Assembly (NCBI GenBank): GCA_963663275.1
Contig: OY760183.1
Location: 480,001-544,000 of the forward strand
Direction of reading: 5' to 3'
From: Chloroflexota bacterium
Lineage (GTDB): Bacteria; Chloroflexota; UBA11872; VXOZ01
Length of the DNA stretch: 64,000 nt
The position numbers and the translations under genes are program-made. The notes beneath the pieces were generated by a model, which searched no databases, was not told the origin of the DNA, and worked only from the letters and a program-made list of their open reading frames with translations. Shown piece after piece: positions 43,716 to 52,988 of this stretch. Position 1 is the stretch's first letter; every line of letters begins with the position of its first letter.

Positions 43716-44600
43716 CTAGCGCAAATTGAGCATCCGGTAGCCCGCGGCTTCGAAGTGGCGCTGTCCCCACTGGCTGATGAGATATTTCGAAAACTGCGAG
43801 AGCGTGACCGGATACCTGGTTACCCGCGCCGTGCCGGCGTAGTAGATGATCGGACGGTGCGCCTGCTCCGGCACGGGAGCCTGAATGCGGATGCTGCTTT
43901 CAGCCTCGCCGCTGTCGTCTTCAGCGCCGCCGCTGCCGTCCTCAGCCTCGCCGCTGCTATCCACAGGCTCGCTGCCCGATGACGAATAGAGAAAGGCCGC
44001 GTCCACCTTGCCGTCAATCAGCCGCTCCCTCAGTTCGCGCTCGTCTTTGCTCTTTGACCGTTTCGACGCCAAGGCTTCCCACAGTTCCAGGCTTTCCAGG
44101 GCCTGCCGCGAGTACGCGCCCAGCGACGACTGCTCCCAATCGGCAATGCCCACGCGCCGCACGTCGTCGCGCAGGAGGTCTCGCGCGGTGTGCAGTTCCA
44201 GCGGGCTGTCGCCGGCGGTGGCAATCACCAGCCAGTTGGACGCAATGGGGCGCATGCTGCCAATCTGGATGTGCCCGGCTTCCACCAGCGGCACGGCAAA
44301 GGTGTCACCCGCCAGCAAGACGGCGTCGAAGCGCTTGCCCCGCAAGACCGACTTCATGATAGCGCCGGAGGAGAGCAGCGAGACCGAGAGCAGCACGTGG
44401 GGATTGGCCTTCTCGAAATCGGCCTTCAGCGCGGGCGTTGCGGGCGCCAGGCTGGCGTCGGCCAGCGCGGTAATGCGCTCGCGGTCGTCCGGACGCAGCA
44501 GCGTCCGCGCGCCTTCCAGCGGGCCGCACGCGGCGGCGGCCAGGCCGAGCGGGGCCGCGGCTTTCCAGGCGGTCCTCAACACTGTACGCCGGTCGCTCAT
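43716..44600 (-). CDS. modA: Molybdate ABC transporter substrate-binding protein-like (Tat lipoprotein)
   Basis: DASL, SSG, N.LVI, G.Y..QALE.L.LW, DAAFLYSS, H.PI.Y; acidic 7-aa x3 insertion. Confidence 0.75.
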   Translation of the reverse strand: MSDRRTVLRTAWKAAAPLGLAAAACGPLEGARTLLRPDDRERITALADASLAPATPALKADFEKANPHVLLSVSLLSSGAIMKSVLRGKRFDAVLLAGDTFAVPLVEAGHIQIGSMRPIASNWLVIATAGDSPLELHTARDLLRDDVRRVGIADWEQSSLGAYSRQALESLELWEALASKRSKSKDERELRERLIDGKVDAAFLYSSSGSEPVDSSGEAEDGSGGAEDDSGEAESSIRIQAPVPEQAHRPIIYYAGTARVTRYPVTLSQFSKYLISQWGQRHFEAAGYRMLNLR

Positions 44601-44677
44601 CGCGGATTCACCGTCCCTTGCCTTGCGCGCGCCGCCCGCGCAACGCGCCGCAATCCGGCCGCGCCGCCAAAGTCGCG

Positions 44678-46177
44678 TCACTCCGCCGCGAAGTCGCGCC
44701 GGACGCGCTCCCCAAAGTCGTGCGCTTCCTCAGTGTACGTGGCGAAAGGATCCGGCATCTCCAGCACCCGGCCGCGCGCGGCGATCGCCTTCCAATCCAG
44801 CACGTAGGGAATCACGTCCCAGCTATCGTTGGCGGCCACGTCCTGCCAATCGTCCACGTAGTCGTAGGCCAGGAAGAAGTAGCGGCGGTCCCACATCAGG
44901 TTTTCCAGGTTCGTGCGCAGGTCCTGCCAGGGGATGGCCGTATCCACGCCGGCCGCGGCCAGGGCCCTTAGCGCCGCGCCGCGGCCGTGGGCGCGGGTAT
45001 CGGCAGGCGGGCGGGTTTCCGCCGCGTAGACGGCCTCATCCTCCGCCCAGTAGAGGTTGCGCTGCCGCTTTGCCAGCACGTCGAAGAGGCTGATCGACGG
45101 GTCGATCTGGTGATAGGAGAGATCCAGCTTAATCAGGTCCGGGTCGGTCCAGGCCGTGCCGGCGCCGGCAAAGCGCTTGAGTTGCTCGTGCTTGGTCACC
45201 CAATCCAGGTAGCCGTCCAGCCGCGCCGGATCGCGCTCCAGTTCGTCCAACACCCAGGCCCAGTTCTCCAGCGTCCACACCGTATCCGCGTCGCGCCCGC
45301 CAAAGCGGCGTTCGGCTTCGCGCAGGTAGCGGCGCTGCACCTCGGTGGCGGGTATGTATTCGTCCGTTTCCGTGCCCACGGTCCACTTGCCGCCGGTGGT
45401 GCCGGCAATGCGGCGCAAGTCGCGCACCGGATCGGCCAGCGCGAGTTGGGGGCTCCAGCCTTGCTCCAGCAGTTGGGCGGCCAGCGCGGTGGCGCCGATC
45501 TTCAACGCGGTGGTGAACTCGGAACGATTCACGTCGCCCACGATCACGTGCAGGCGCCGGTACTCCCGTCCCGCCAGCGGCTCGTCGCGCAGATTGATGA
45601 TCGGCCGGCCGCCAAACCGCACCCGGTGGCTCACGTCCAGCGTGACGAACTGCGCCCGCTGCGAGAGCGCGAACGCGGCCGGCGTGTCCTTGCCGCGCGG
45701 CAACAGGCAGCCGGCCCCGGCGTAGATCTGGCGGGTGACGAGAAACGGCAACATGCCGTCCACCAGTTCGCGGTCGTACGGGCTCTGGCGGATGCAGTAG
45801 TTCTCGTGGTAGCCGAACGTATGGCCGAAGTAGTCGGTGTTGTTCTTGACGAAGAAGGCCTGGGACTCAAGCTCGGCGGCGCGCACGGCCTCGTTGATGA
45901 TGTGCTCGCCGGCGCGTTCGTGGGCCACCACGTCGGTCAGGGTGCGGCACTCGGCGGTGGCGTGCTCCAGGTGGCCGAGGTCGAGATACATGCGCCCGCC
46001 GTTGAAGAGAAAGCCGCCGTTCCCCGGCGCTTCCCCCCATTCCCGGGGCGGCGGGTCGATCAGGCCGTGGCGGCACCCGCGAAAGATGGCGTCCTTGACC
46101 AATACCGCCGCCCGCACGGGCTGCACGCTGCCCACGCAGCCATACTCGATCTCTGTGCCGAACAGTGCGTCATCCAT
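44678..46177 (-). CDS. pafA: Pup/UBact--protein ligase (PafA family)
   Basis: GTEIEYG, GNGGFLFNGGRMYLD.GHLE, KNNTD..GYHENY, RDEP, RRLHVIVGD, DLSYH, TRA, DW; no Dop loop. Confidence 0.9.
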   Translation of the reverse strand: MDDALFGTEIEYGCVGSVQPVRAAVLVKDAIFRGCRHGLIDPPPREWGEAPGNGGFLFNGGRMYLDLGHLEHATAECRTLTDVVAHERAGEHIINEAVRAAELESQAFFVKNNTDYFGHTFGYHENYCIRQSPYDRELVDGMLPFLVTRQIYAGAGCLLPRGKDTPAAFALSQRAQFVTLDVSHRVRFGGRPIINLRDEPLAGREYRRLHVIVGDVNRSEFTTALKIGATALAAQLLEQGWSPQLALADPVRDLRRIAGTTGGKWTVGTETDEYIPATEVQRRYLREAERRFGGRDADTVWTLENWAWVLDELERDPARLDGYLDWVTKHEQLKRFAGAGTAWTDPDLIKLDLSYHQIDPSISLFDVLAKRQRNLYWAEDEAVYAAETRPPADTRAHGRGAALRALAAAGVDTAIPWQDLRTNLENLMWDRRYFFLAYDYVDDWQDVAANDSWDVIPYVLDWKAIAARGRVLEMPDPFATYTEEAHDFGERVRRDFAAE

Positions 46178-46204
46178 GCCTGCTCTACCCAAAGAAGCGC
46201 GCGG

Positions 46205-46441
46205 CTACTCGCCGCCGGGCTGCGGCGTGGGATCGGGCACTTCCCGAATGATGCGCCGGATTTCCTCGTCCAGATCGTCGGTTTCGGTCTTTTCCGGCGC
46301 TTCCGTAGGCGATTTCGTCGGCGTTTCCGTCGGCGCTTCGGTGCCCGCCCGCGCCGGACGGAACCCGCGTTCCGCCGCGGCCTCACGCGCCGCGCCGGCA
46401 GCGAATCCTCGCCACGGTCCGTTTTCAGCATACCACGTCAC
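46205..46441 (-). CDS. pup: Pup-like ubiquitin-analogue modifier, 78 aa, C-terminal GGE
   Basis: GTG start overlapping the dop stop (GTGA) after AAGGAGG; EKTETDDLDEEI core resembles Pup; ends QPGGE; lies between dop and pafA. Confidence 0.82.
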   Translation of the reverse strand: MTWYAENGPWRGFAAGAAREAAAERGFRPARAGTEAPTETPTKSPTEAPEKTETDDLDEEIRRIIREVPDPTPQPGGE

Positions 46442-48051
46442 GTGCCGCCTCCTTGTTGTATTGCGTGGTGGAGTTCCTCGATAGTCTGGCACGCATCCAC
46501 CAACGCTTGTTGTCGAGCCACCGTCTCGCCCCAGAGTTCGGGCAGGGCCAGGGTGAAGGGCGTGCCGTTGTGTTGAAACGTGATCGAGCCCCACTCCATG
46601 GCGCTGACGTGGGGCGCGAATTTGGCCAGGCAGGCCGCCCGGACGCCGGCGCGGGTGCCCGCGGGCGCGGCGGTTTCCGCGTGCGCGATGTCCGCGTCGC
46701 TCACGATGCGCCGCATCCGGCCGGCGCGAACGAGCATGTGGTAGAGGCTCACCGCCGGATCAACCAGGTGGTAGGCCAGATCGAGCCGCAGCGCCGTCGG
46801 GTCTTCCCAATCGACGCGCGCGCCGCCGCCTTCGTCGGAGACGCCGCCTTCGTCGGAGACGCCGCCTTCGTCGGAGACGCCCATCTGGGCGAAGAGCGCC
46901 AGTTTGGCCGCCCAGTCCGCGCGGTCGCGCAGGCGCGCCGGGTTCGAGTCCAGCAGGTCGAGAACCGCGCCCCACTCGTCCAGCACCCAATCGGTTTCGG
47001 CGTCGCGGCCCCGGAAGCGCAGCACCGCCTCCCAATAGCGGCGCTGCACGTCCACCGCGCGGATGGTCGTGCCGTCGTCCAGCGCCAGCGGCCGCTTGAA
47101 CTCCAGATCGCGTGAGACTGTTTGCAGCGCCTGCACCGGGCGCCGCAGCCGCAGTCGCGGCGCCGCGCCTTGCTCTACCAGGTCGAGCATCAGGGCCGTG
47201 GCCCCCACGCGCAGGGCCGTGGCGAACTCGCTGCAATTGGCGTCGCCGATGATCACGTGCAGGCGGCGGTATTTCTCCGCGTTGGCGTGGGGCTCGTCGC
47301 GGGTATTGAATATGGGGCGCTGGGTGGTGGTATTAATGCCCACCTCGGTCTCGAAGAAGTCCGCCCGTTGGCTGAGCTGGAAACCGCCGCTGCGCCCGCC
47401 TGCCGAATCGCGCGTCTCGTACGAACGTGGCCGTTCGTGCGAACCCGGCGCTTCGTGCGCCGCCTTGCCCGCTCCCGCGTAGATCTGGCGGGTAACGAAG
47501 AAGGGAATGCACGCGCCGATCAGGTCGTGCAGCGGCACGGCGCGGCTCACCAGGTAGTTCTCGTGGCAGCCGTAACTGCGCCCGTGGTAGTCGGTGTTGT
47601 TCTTGACCAGGCGCACCCGGTCCGCTTGGCCGCCGGCGGCGTTGCGCGCCTGCTGCGCCCGCCAGGCCACGCGCTCGCCGGCCTTGTCCTGGGCAACCAG
47701 GTCGTGCAGGGAGAGACAGGCGTCCGTGCAGTATTCCGGGTGATTGTGATCATTGTAGAAGCGCGCGCCGTTGGGCAGCACGGTGTCGGCCAGGAGTTCC
47801 TGCCGGCTGAGCCGCTTGCTCTTGGCATTGTTGCCGCGCAGGTCGTGAGGATCGTGGTCCAGGCGCGCGACCCGCGTGCCGCGCAGGTCTACCCGCGGAT
47901 CCTCGGCGGTGTAGTCCCAGCCGCGAAAGACCGCGCCCGCCAGCGGCGCGCCGCGCACGAGCATGGCGGCCTCGTAGGCAAAGTCCACCGCCTGCGCGCC
48001 ATTAGCGCATATCATGCCGTACTCGGTTTCGATCCCCACGGGTCGATTCAT
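46438..48051 (-). CDS. dop: Depupylase/deamidase (Dop family)
   Basis: GIETEYG, Dop-loop WDYTAEDP..DLRG, NGARFYNDHNHPEY, SYGCHENY, RDEPHA, RRLHVIIGDAN. Confidence 0.9.
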   Translation of the reverse strand: MNRPVGIETEYGMICANGAQAVDFAYEAAMLVRGAPLAGAVFRGWDYTAEDPRVDLRGTRVARLDHDPHDLRGNNAKSKRLSRQELLADTVLPNGARFYNDHNHPEYCTDACLSLHDLVAQDKAGERVAWRAQQARNAAGGQADRVRLVKNNTDYHGRSYGCHENYLVSRAVPLHDLIGACIPFFVTRQIYAGAGKAAHEAPGSHERPRSYETRDSAGGRSGGFQLSQRADFFETEVGINTTTQRPIFNTRDEPHANAEKYRRLHVIIGDANCSEFATALRVGATALMLDLVEQGAAPRLRLRRPVQALQTVSRDLEFKRPLALDDGTTIRAVDVQRRYWEAVLRFRGRDAETDWVLDEWGAVLDLLDSNPARLRDRADWAAKLALFAQMGVSDEGGVSDEGGVSDEGGGARVDWEDPTALRLDLAYHLVDPAVSLYHMLVRAGRMRRIVSDADIAHAETAAPAGTRAGVRAACLAKFAPHVSAMEWGSITFQHNGTPFTLALPELWGETVARQQALVDACQTIEELHHAIQQGGGT

Positions 48052-48136
48052 CGTTACCCTTCGGTACCGCGTTACCCTTCGGTACCGTGCTGCCTCTCGG
48101 TACCGTGCTGCCTCTCGGTACCGTGCTGCCTCTCGG
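48052..48136. repeat. 18-bp tandem repeat x~5 abutting the dop start
   Basis: CGTTACCCTTCGGTACCG x2, then TGCTGCCTCTCGGTACCG x~3. Confidence 0.88.
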
Positions 48137-48389
48137 CTTCACGTTGCCTGCGGTGTCGCGCTACTTGCGGTATGGTGTTGCCCTGCCCTGCCGCGTCACC
48201 TGCGACAACGCGCTGCCTTACGGCGCTGTGTTACGTTGCGGCGCCGCTGTCGTTTCCGCCTCCGCCATTCCATTTCCTAGTATAGCAAGCCGCGAAACGT
48301 GTAACCCATCAGCCCGAACACGTGCATCGATTTCCCAGCCATGTAGAATAGAAGCAGCAAGAAACGCTCCATGCAGCCAGGAGCCACCG

Positions 48390-48505
48390 CCAAGCGCCCA
48401 AATAGGGGAGGCCAGCACCCAAAGAGGATAGGCAAGCGCCCCAAGAGGACAGGCAAGCGCCCCAAGAAGGCAGGCAAGCGCCCAAAGTTCGGGACAAGCG
48501 CCCAG
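48390..48505. repeat. ~21-bp degenerate tandem repeat x~6 in the divergent intergenic region
   Basis: CAAGCGCCC[C/A]AAG..G..AGG units. Confidence 0.8.
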
Positions 48506-48624
48506 CGTGGAGGACACCCTTGGTTCCCTCTATCTGGGTGGGCCGCTTGCACATCCAGTCCCCTCTCCCCGAGGGAGAGGGTTAGGGTGAGGGTGAATCC
48601 GGGCAGCACAGAAAGCTCAACCAC

Positions 48625-49596
48625 ATGACCCTGCGAGAACTCTACGACACCGCCATCGAAATCGGCCGCGAGGTCGACCCGCGCGGGCGCGAGGCGCTGG
48701 ACCGCCAGCTTGAGGAGCGGCGGCAAGAGTACGCCGCGCTGCCGGAATGGCGCAAACCCTACTACGACCGGGAGCGGTTCAACAATCCCTACGGCGACGT
48801 GCGCATCGTCAACGGTCCCGAGGACACCGAACTCGATACGATTTTGTTAGGCATCAACATCTGGACGCAGGAACTGCTGCTGGCCGACCACCTGCGCAGC
48901 GGCGGCGCGCGGGTGGACGCGGTGATTTCCCACCACACCAACAGCATCGGCGTGCCGGCGGACACCCTGATCTATGACTCCGTGCCGTATCTGGTAGACC
49001 TGCTGGCAAGCGCCGGGGTGGCCCGCGCGGACGCCAAGCCGCACGTCGAGGCCATGATGAACGAGCGTTGGCTCGCCGCCGAAGACTTCAACCGCATCGG
49101 CAGGGACACGGCGGAGTTGCTCGGTTTTCCGTTGGCCTGCATCCATACCCCGGCGGACTTTCACCACGGCATCGGCGTGCGCGGCGCGATCGAGGCCGCG
49201 CGGGCCGCAACGGTAGGCGACGTGGTGGAGGCGCTGCTGGCCCTGCCGGAGTTCCAGGGCGCGGCCCGCATCGGGGCCATTCCGCGCATCCTGGCCGGCG
49301 ACGCCGCGCAACCCGCGGGCCGCATCTTCCACCAGGACGGCGGCGGCTGGCTCTTTCCGGCGGACGTGATTCCCCTGCTCAAGGAGGCCGGCGTCGGCAC
49401 GTTCGTCACCATCGGCTGTTCGCCCGCCCACCAGCGGCAAGCCCGGGAACTCGGCATGAACTGGGTGCGCATGCCCCACGGCGCGTGCGACAACGTGGGC
49501 CTCAACCTCCTGCTCGACAAAGTGGAGCAACGCCTCGGCCCGCTGAACGTGATACCGTGCAACTACTTCGAACGGATCAAGCGCAACGGCAACTAA
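48625..49596 (+). CDS. NIF3 (NGG1p-interacting factor 3)-like protein, copy 1
   Basis: DPRG, FNNPYGD.RI, SHH, CIHTPAD, H...DN.GLNLLLD. Confidence 0.75.
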   Translation: MTLRELYDTAIEIGREVDPRGREALDRQLEERRQEYAALPEWRKPYYDRERFNNPYGDVRIVNGPEDTELDTILLGINIWTQELLLADHLRSGGARVDAVISHHTNSIGVPADTLIYDSVPYLVDLLASAGVARADAKPHVEAMMNERWLAAEDFNRIGRDTAELLGFPLACIHTPADFHHGIGVRGAIEAARAATVGDVVEALLALPEFQGAARIGAIPRILAGDAAQPAGRIFHQDGGGWLFPADVIPLLKEAGVGTFVTIGCSPAHQRQARELGMNWVRMPHGACDNVGLNLLLDKVEQRLGPLNVIPCNYFERIKRNGN

Positions 49597-49847
49597 TTCC
49601 AACCTGGCGCGGGGGCTTGTATCTGACGTTGCCCCATTGGGGCCTGCCCCCGACGTTGCCGCATCACCGTAGCGCGGGGGCTCGTCCCCCGCACATGGAT
49701 ATACTCGACGCCACGTAGCGCGGGGGCTTGTCCCCCGCTCTTCGTAAGAGCAAACTTCCGTCTCCGTTGGCGGACGAACCAAACCGGGTTTGCCCTCGCC
49801 CCGGCCCTCACCCGGGCGGGCAACAGGGGCAGATCGGAAAGCGTGAC

Positions 49848-50867
49848 ATGGCAACCTTACGCGCTCTCTATGACACCTCCATCGCGATCGGCCGAGAGCT
49901 TGACCCCAGAGGCCAGGCGGCCATCCAGCGCCAGTTGCGGCAGCGCCGCGACGAGTACGCCGCGCTGCCCGCCTGGCAGCAGGCGTTCTACGACCGGGAG
50001 CGCTTTCGCAATCCCTATGGCGACGTGCGCATCGTCCACGGCCCGGACGACACGCCCATTCACACCGCGTTGGTGGGCATCAACCTGCACGTGCCGGAGA
50101 TGCTGCTGGGGGAGGCGCTTGCGTCCAGAGGCGTCAAAATCGACGCTTTCCTGTCCCACCATACGAACAGCGTCGGCATTTCCGCCTCGCTGGTGGCCGA
50201 CTTCATGGAGATCAACGCCGACTACCTCATCTGGGAAGGCGTGCCGCCGGACGCGGCGCGGGCGTGCATCGCCGGCTACATGGCGGAACGCCTGCAAGCG
50301 CACGAAGACGTGCACCGCATCGGACCCGACACGGCCGCGCTGCTGGGCTATCCGCTCGCCTGCATCCACACGCCGGTCGACCTGGCGCACCGCCAGTACA
50401 TCAACGCGCTCTTTGCGCGGGAGAAGCCGCCGACCGTCGGCGCAATCGTCGAACTCATGCTGACGCTGCCGGAGATGCAAGAAGCCGCGCACATCGGCGC
50501 CATGCCCCGCATCATGGTTGGCGAGCCGGCGCAGCCCGCCGGACGCATCCACGCCAAGTTCGCCGGCGGCTACGCCTATCCGCCCGGCGCTTTTCCGCTG
50601 CTGGCGCGGGCCGGCGTGAACACCGTGGTGCAGGTTTCGGCGCAAGCGGCCACCGTTGACGCCTGCCGCGCGCACGGCATCGCCCTGGTGCGCCTGCCCC
50701 ACTACGCCACGGACAACATCGGCCAGAACCTGCTGCTGGACGAACTCATGCGCCGCCTGGAGCCGTTCGACGTGATTCCCTGCAACTACTTTGGCCGGGT
50801 AGACCGCGCGGGAGACCTGGCGGCGTTGCTGGCTGCGGGCCCTATCATCAGAACCCTGGGGGGCTGA
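49848..50867 (+). CDS. NIF3-like protein, copy 2
   Basis: Same motifs as copy 1 (DPRG, NPYGD, SHH, CIHTP.D, H..DN.G.NLLLD). Confidence 0.75.
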   Translation: MATLRALYDTSIAIGRELDPRGQAAIQRQLRQRRDEYAALPAWQQAFYDRERFRNPYGDVRIVHGPDDTPIHTALVGINLHVPEMLLGEALASRGVKIDAFLSHHTNSVGISASLVADFMEINADYLIWEGVPPDAARACIAGYMAERLQAHEDVHRIGPDTAALLGYPLACIHTPVDLAHRQYINALFAREKPPTVGAIVELMLTLPEMQEAAHIGAMPRIMVGEPAQPAGRIHAKFAGGYAYPPGAFPLLARAGVNTVVQVSAQAATVDACRAHGIALVRLPHYATDNIGQNLLLDELMRRLEPFDVIPCNYFGRVDRAGDLAALLAAGPIIRTLGG

Positions 50868-50906
50868 GCGGCTGAGACTGGTGACAGTCCGCAGCCACAC
50901 CCCGAG

Positions 50907-51392
50907 GAGACCTTTGCGTAACCTTGGGCAGCGCTCCTTCTGCTCCCTCTCCCTGGGCTGACAGGGGTAGGCACGTGTCATTCCGAGCGGAGCGAGGAAT
51001 CTAGAAGAGAAATTCTTGCAGGGAAAGCCTTAGATTCCTCTCTCCGCTGCGCTCCGCTCGGAATGACACGTGAAGTCGGATGTAGAATGCCTACCCCTGT
51101 CAGTTCTCCCTGGGAGACCTTGCATAACTCTGTCATTCCGGTGAAAACCGGAATCCAGAGCGCTTTTACAAAAAAAGCGCATGGTTTCAAGCCATTTCAC
51201 CCCCCATCCCAACCTTCCCCCCAATGGGGAAGGGGTTACGCAAAGGTCTCCCTGGGGTGAGGGGAATCCTCGTCGGTTCCGCCTCATTTTGCAAGGCTTG
51301 GGTATGAGCCGCCGCATAATCTCCCCTCACCCTAAACCTCTCCCCGGTGAGAGGGAACTTTTCGCCTCTCAGCGAGGTTACGCAAAGGTCTT
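50907..51392. mobile_element. Composite MITE containing a type B (50955-51106) and a type A (51114-51250) element
   Basis: Outer GAGACCTTTGCGTAACC...GGTTACGCAAAGGTCTT; inner duplications TCCCT and CCTGG. Confidence 0.8.
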
Positions 51393-51458
51393 CTGAGGAG
51401 GGATTCTACGGCCGTGCTGATTGAGCCAATCAACCGGCGCTCTTGGTTCTATATCGCG

Positions 51459-52988
51459 CTAAACCTGCTTTGCGCCGGCCCAGCCGGTAACGACGTCATC
51501 GAAGACTTCCGTAATCTCTTCAGAAGGTCTGGCGGTAAGCAGCGTGACGGCCACGGCAATGGGAATGGTGAGGAAGAAGCCCGGCGTGGCCGGTTGGATG
51601 TCCATCACGCCGCCGGGGCCGCCGGAGAAGTAGCCCCAGATGGAGGCGATGACCGTGCCGGCAACCATCGAGGCCAGCGCGCCCCAGAAGTTGAAGCGCC
51701 GCCAGTAGAGCGCCAGCAGAATGAGCGGGCCGAAGGCCGAGCCCATGCCGCCCCAGGCATAGGAAACCAGGTTGTACACCGAATCGGGATTGAAGATGGA
51801 CAAGAGCGCCGCGATGAGGCCCACCACCACCAGCAGGAAGCGGCCCAACCAGACGCGGGCGAACGCGCCGAGCAGGAAGACGTAGCGTTTGGAATAAGCG
51901 TAGCGCCGGATGAGCGGCAGGTCGTCGGTAGCCATGGCCGAGGCCAGGAGCAGTTGCGAGTCCGCCGTGCTCATCACGGCGGCAATCACCGCCGACAGCA
52001 GCACGCCCGCTATGACCGGCGTGAAGAAGACGGTGGCGGCCACAAGATAGAGGCGCTCCGCGTCCGCCGTCACCTCTTCCATCCGGCCTACCTCGGCCAG
52101 GGCCGGCAAAGCCACCAGCCCCAGCAGCAGGCCGAACAAGAAGATCAGCAGCGTCCACAGCGTGCTGATGTCGCGGCTGGGCCCAATGGCCTCTTCGCTC
52201 GCCACCGCCATGAAGCGCTGCAAAATGCGCAGCGAGCCAAAGCCGCCCAGGCCCCAACCGGCCGCGGAGAGCAGGAACGTGACCGTGACACCGTCGCCGT
52301 TGATGTCGGTGAACGGATTCCAGAAGCCGGGGGCCACGTCCTCGAATCCCTGGAACGGCTCCGCGGTGATGAAGAGCAGCGTGACCGGCAAGATGATGAA
52401 GCCGGCCAGCATGATGAGCGCCTGGAAGACGTCGGTGCGGGAGACCGCCAGGAAACCGCCAATGAAGGTGTAGGAAGCGACGGCGACCAACGTCACCAGA
52501 ATGCCCACGATGCCGTCCAGGCCGAAAACCGTTTCCAGCAACTTGGAGCCGGCAATCAAACCGGAACTGATGTAGAAGATGATGAAGAACAGGGCAAGCA
52601 CGGCGGAAAGCGTGCGCAGCACGCCCCACTTGTCCCCAAAGCGCTTTGCGAAGAACTCCGGAAAAGTGAGCGAGTTCTCCGTGGCGATGGTGTAGCGGCG
52701 CAGCCGCTTCGCAAAAATTAACCAACTCAACCAGATGCCGAGCACAATGCCCAACACCGTCCAAAGCTCCACGGCCCCGTTCGTGAACGCCAAGGCCGGA
52801 AAGACGAGCATCGTCCACCCGCTGGTGACCGACGAACCGGAACTCAACGCCGAGGTAAGACTGCCCACCCGCCGGCCGGCCAGCACGTAGTCCGACATCT
52901 CCTTCATCTGGCGGCTGCGAAAGACGGCAATGCCAATCAGCGCCGCGAAATACGCCAGGAAGACGATGAGCACCCACGTGGTCAACAT
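51459..52988 (-). CDS. putP: Sodium/proline symporter (SSS family)
   Basis: DYVLAGR, ALS.G.S..SGW, GGFLAVSRTD.FQ, AAVMSTADSQLL, AWGG.GSAFGP. Confidence 0.9.
   Translation of the reverse strand: MLTTWVLIVFLAYFAALIGIAVFRSRQMKEMSDYVLAGRRVGSLTSALSSGSSVTSGWTMLVFPALAFTNGAVELWTVLGIVLGIWLSWLIFAKRLRRYTIATENSLTFPEFFAKRFGDKWGVLRTLSAVLALFFIIFYISSGLIAGSKLLETVFGLDGIVGILVTLVAVASYTFIGGFLAVSRTDVFQALIMLAGFIILPVTLLFITAEPFQGFEDVAPGFWNPFTDINGDGVTVTFLLSAAGWGLGGFGSLRILQRFMAVASEEAIGPSRDISTLWTLLIFLFGLLLGLVALPALAEVGRMEEVTADAERLYLVAATVFFTPVIAGVLLSAVIAAVMSTADSQLLLASAMATDDLPLIRRYAYSKRYVFLLGAFARVWLGRFLLVVVGLIAALLSIFNPDSVYNLVSYAWGGMGSAFGPLILLALYWRRFNFWGALASMVAGTVIASIWGYFSGGPGGVMDIQPATPGFFLTIPIAVAVTLLTARPSEEITEVFDDVVTGWAGAKQV

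Noticed and set aside
46205-46441. Small ORF as a RiPP precursor (TxxP repeats)
   Set aside because: No ATP-grasp, YcaO or radical SAM enzyme is nearby; the GGE terminus and position between dop and pafA fit a Pup-type tag better.
46442-46594. 129-aa version of the Pup-like ORF
   Set aside because: It overlaps the dop coding region; the RBS and GTGA coupling point to a start at 46441.
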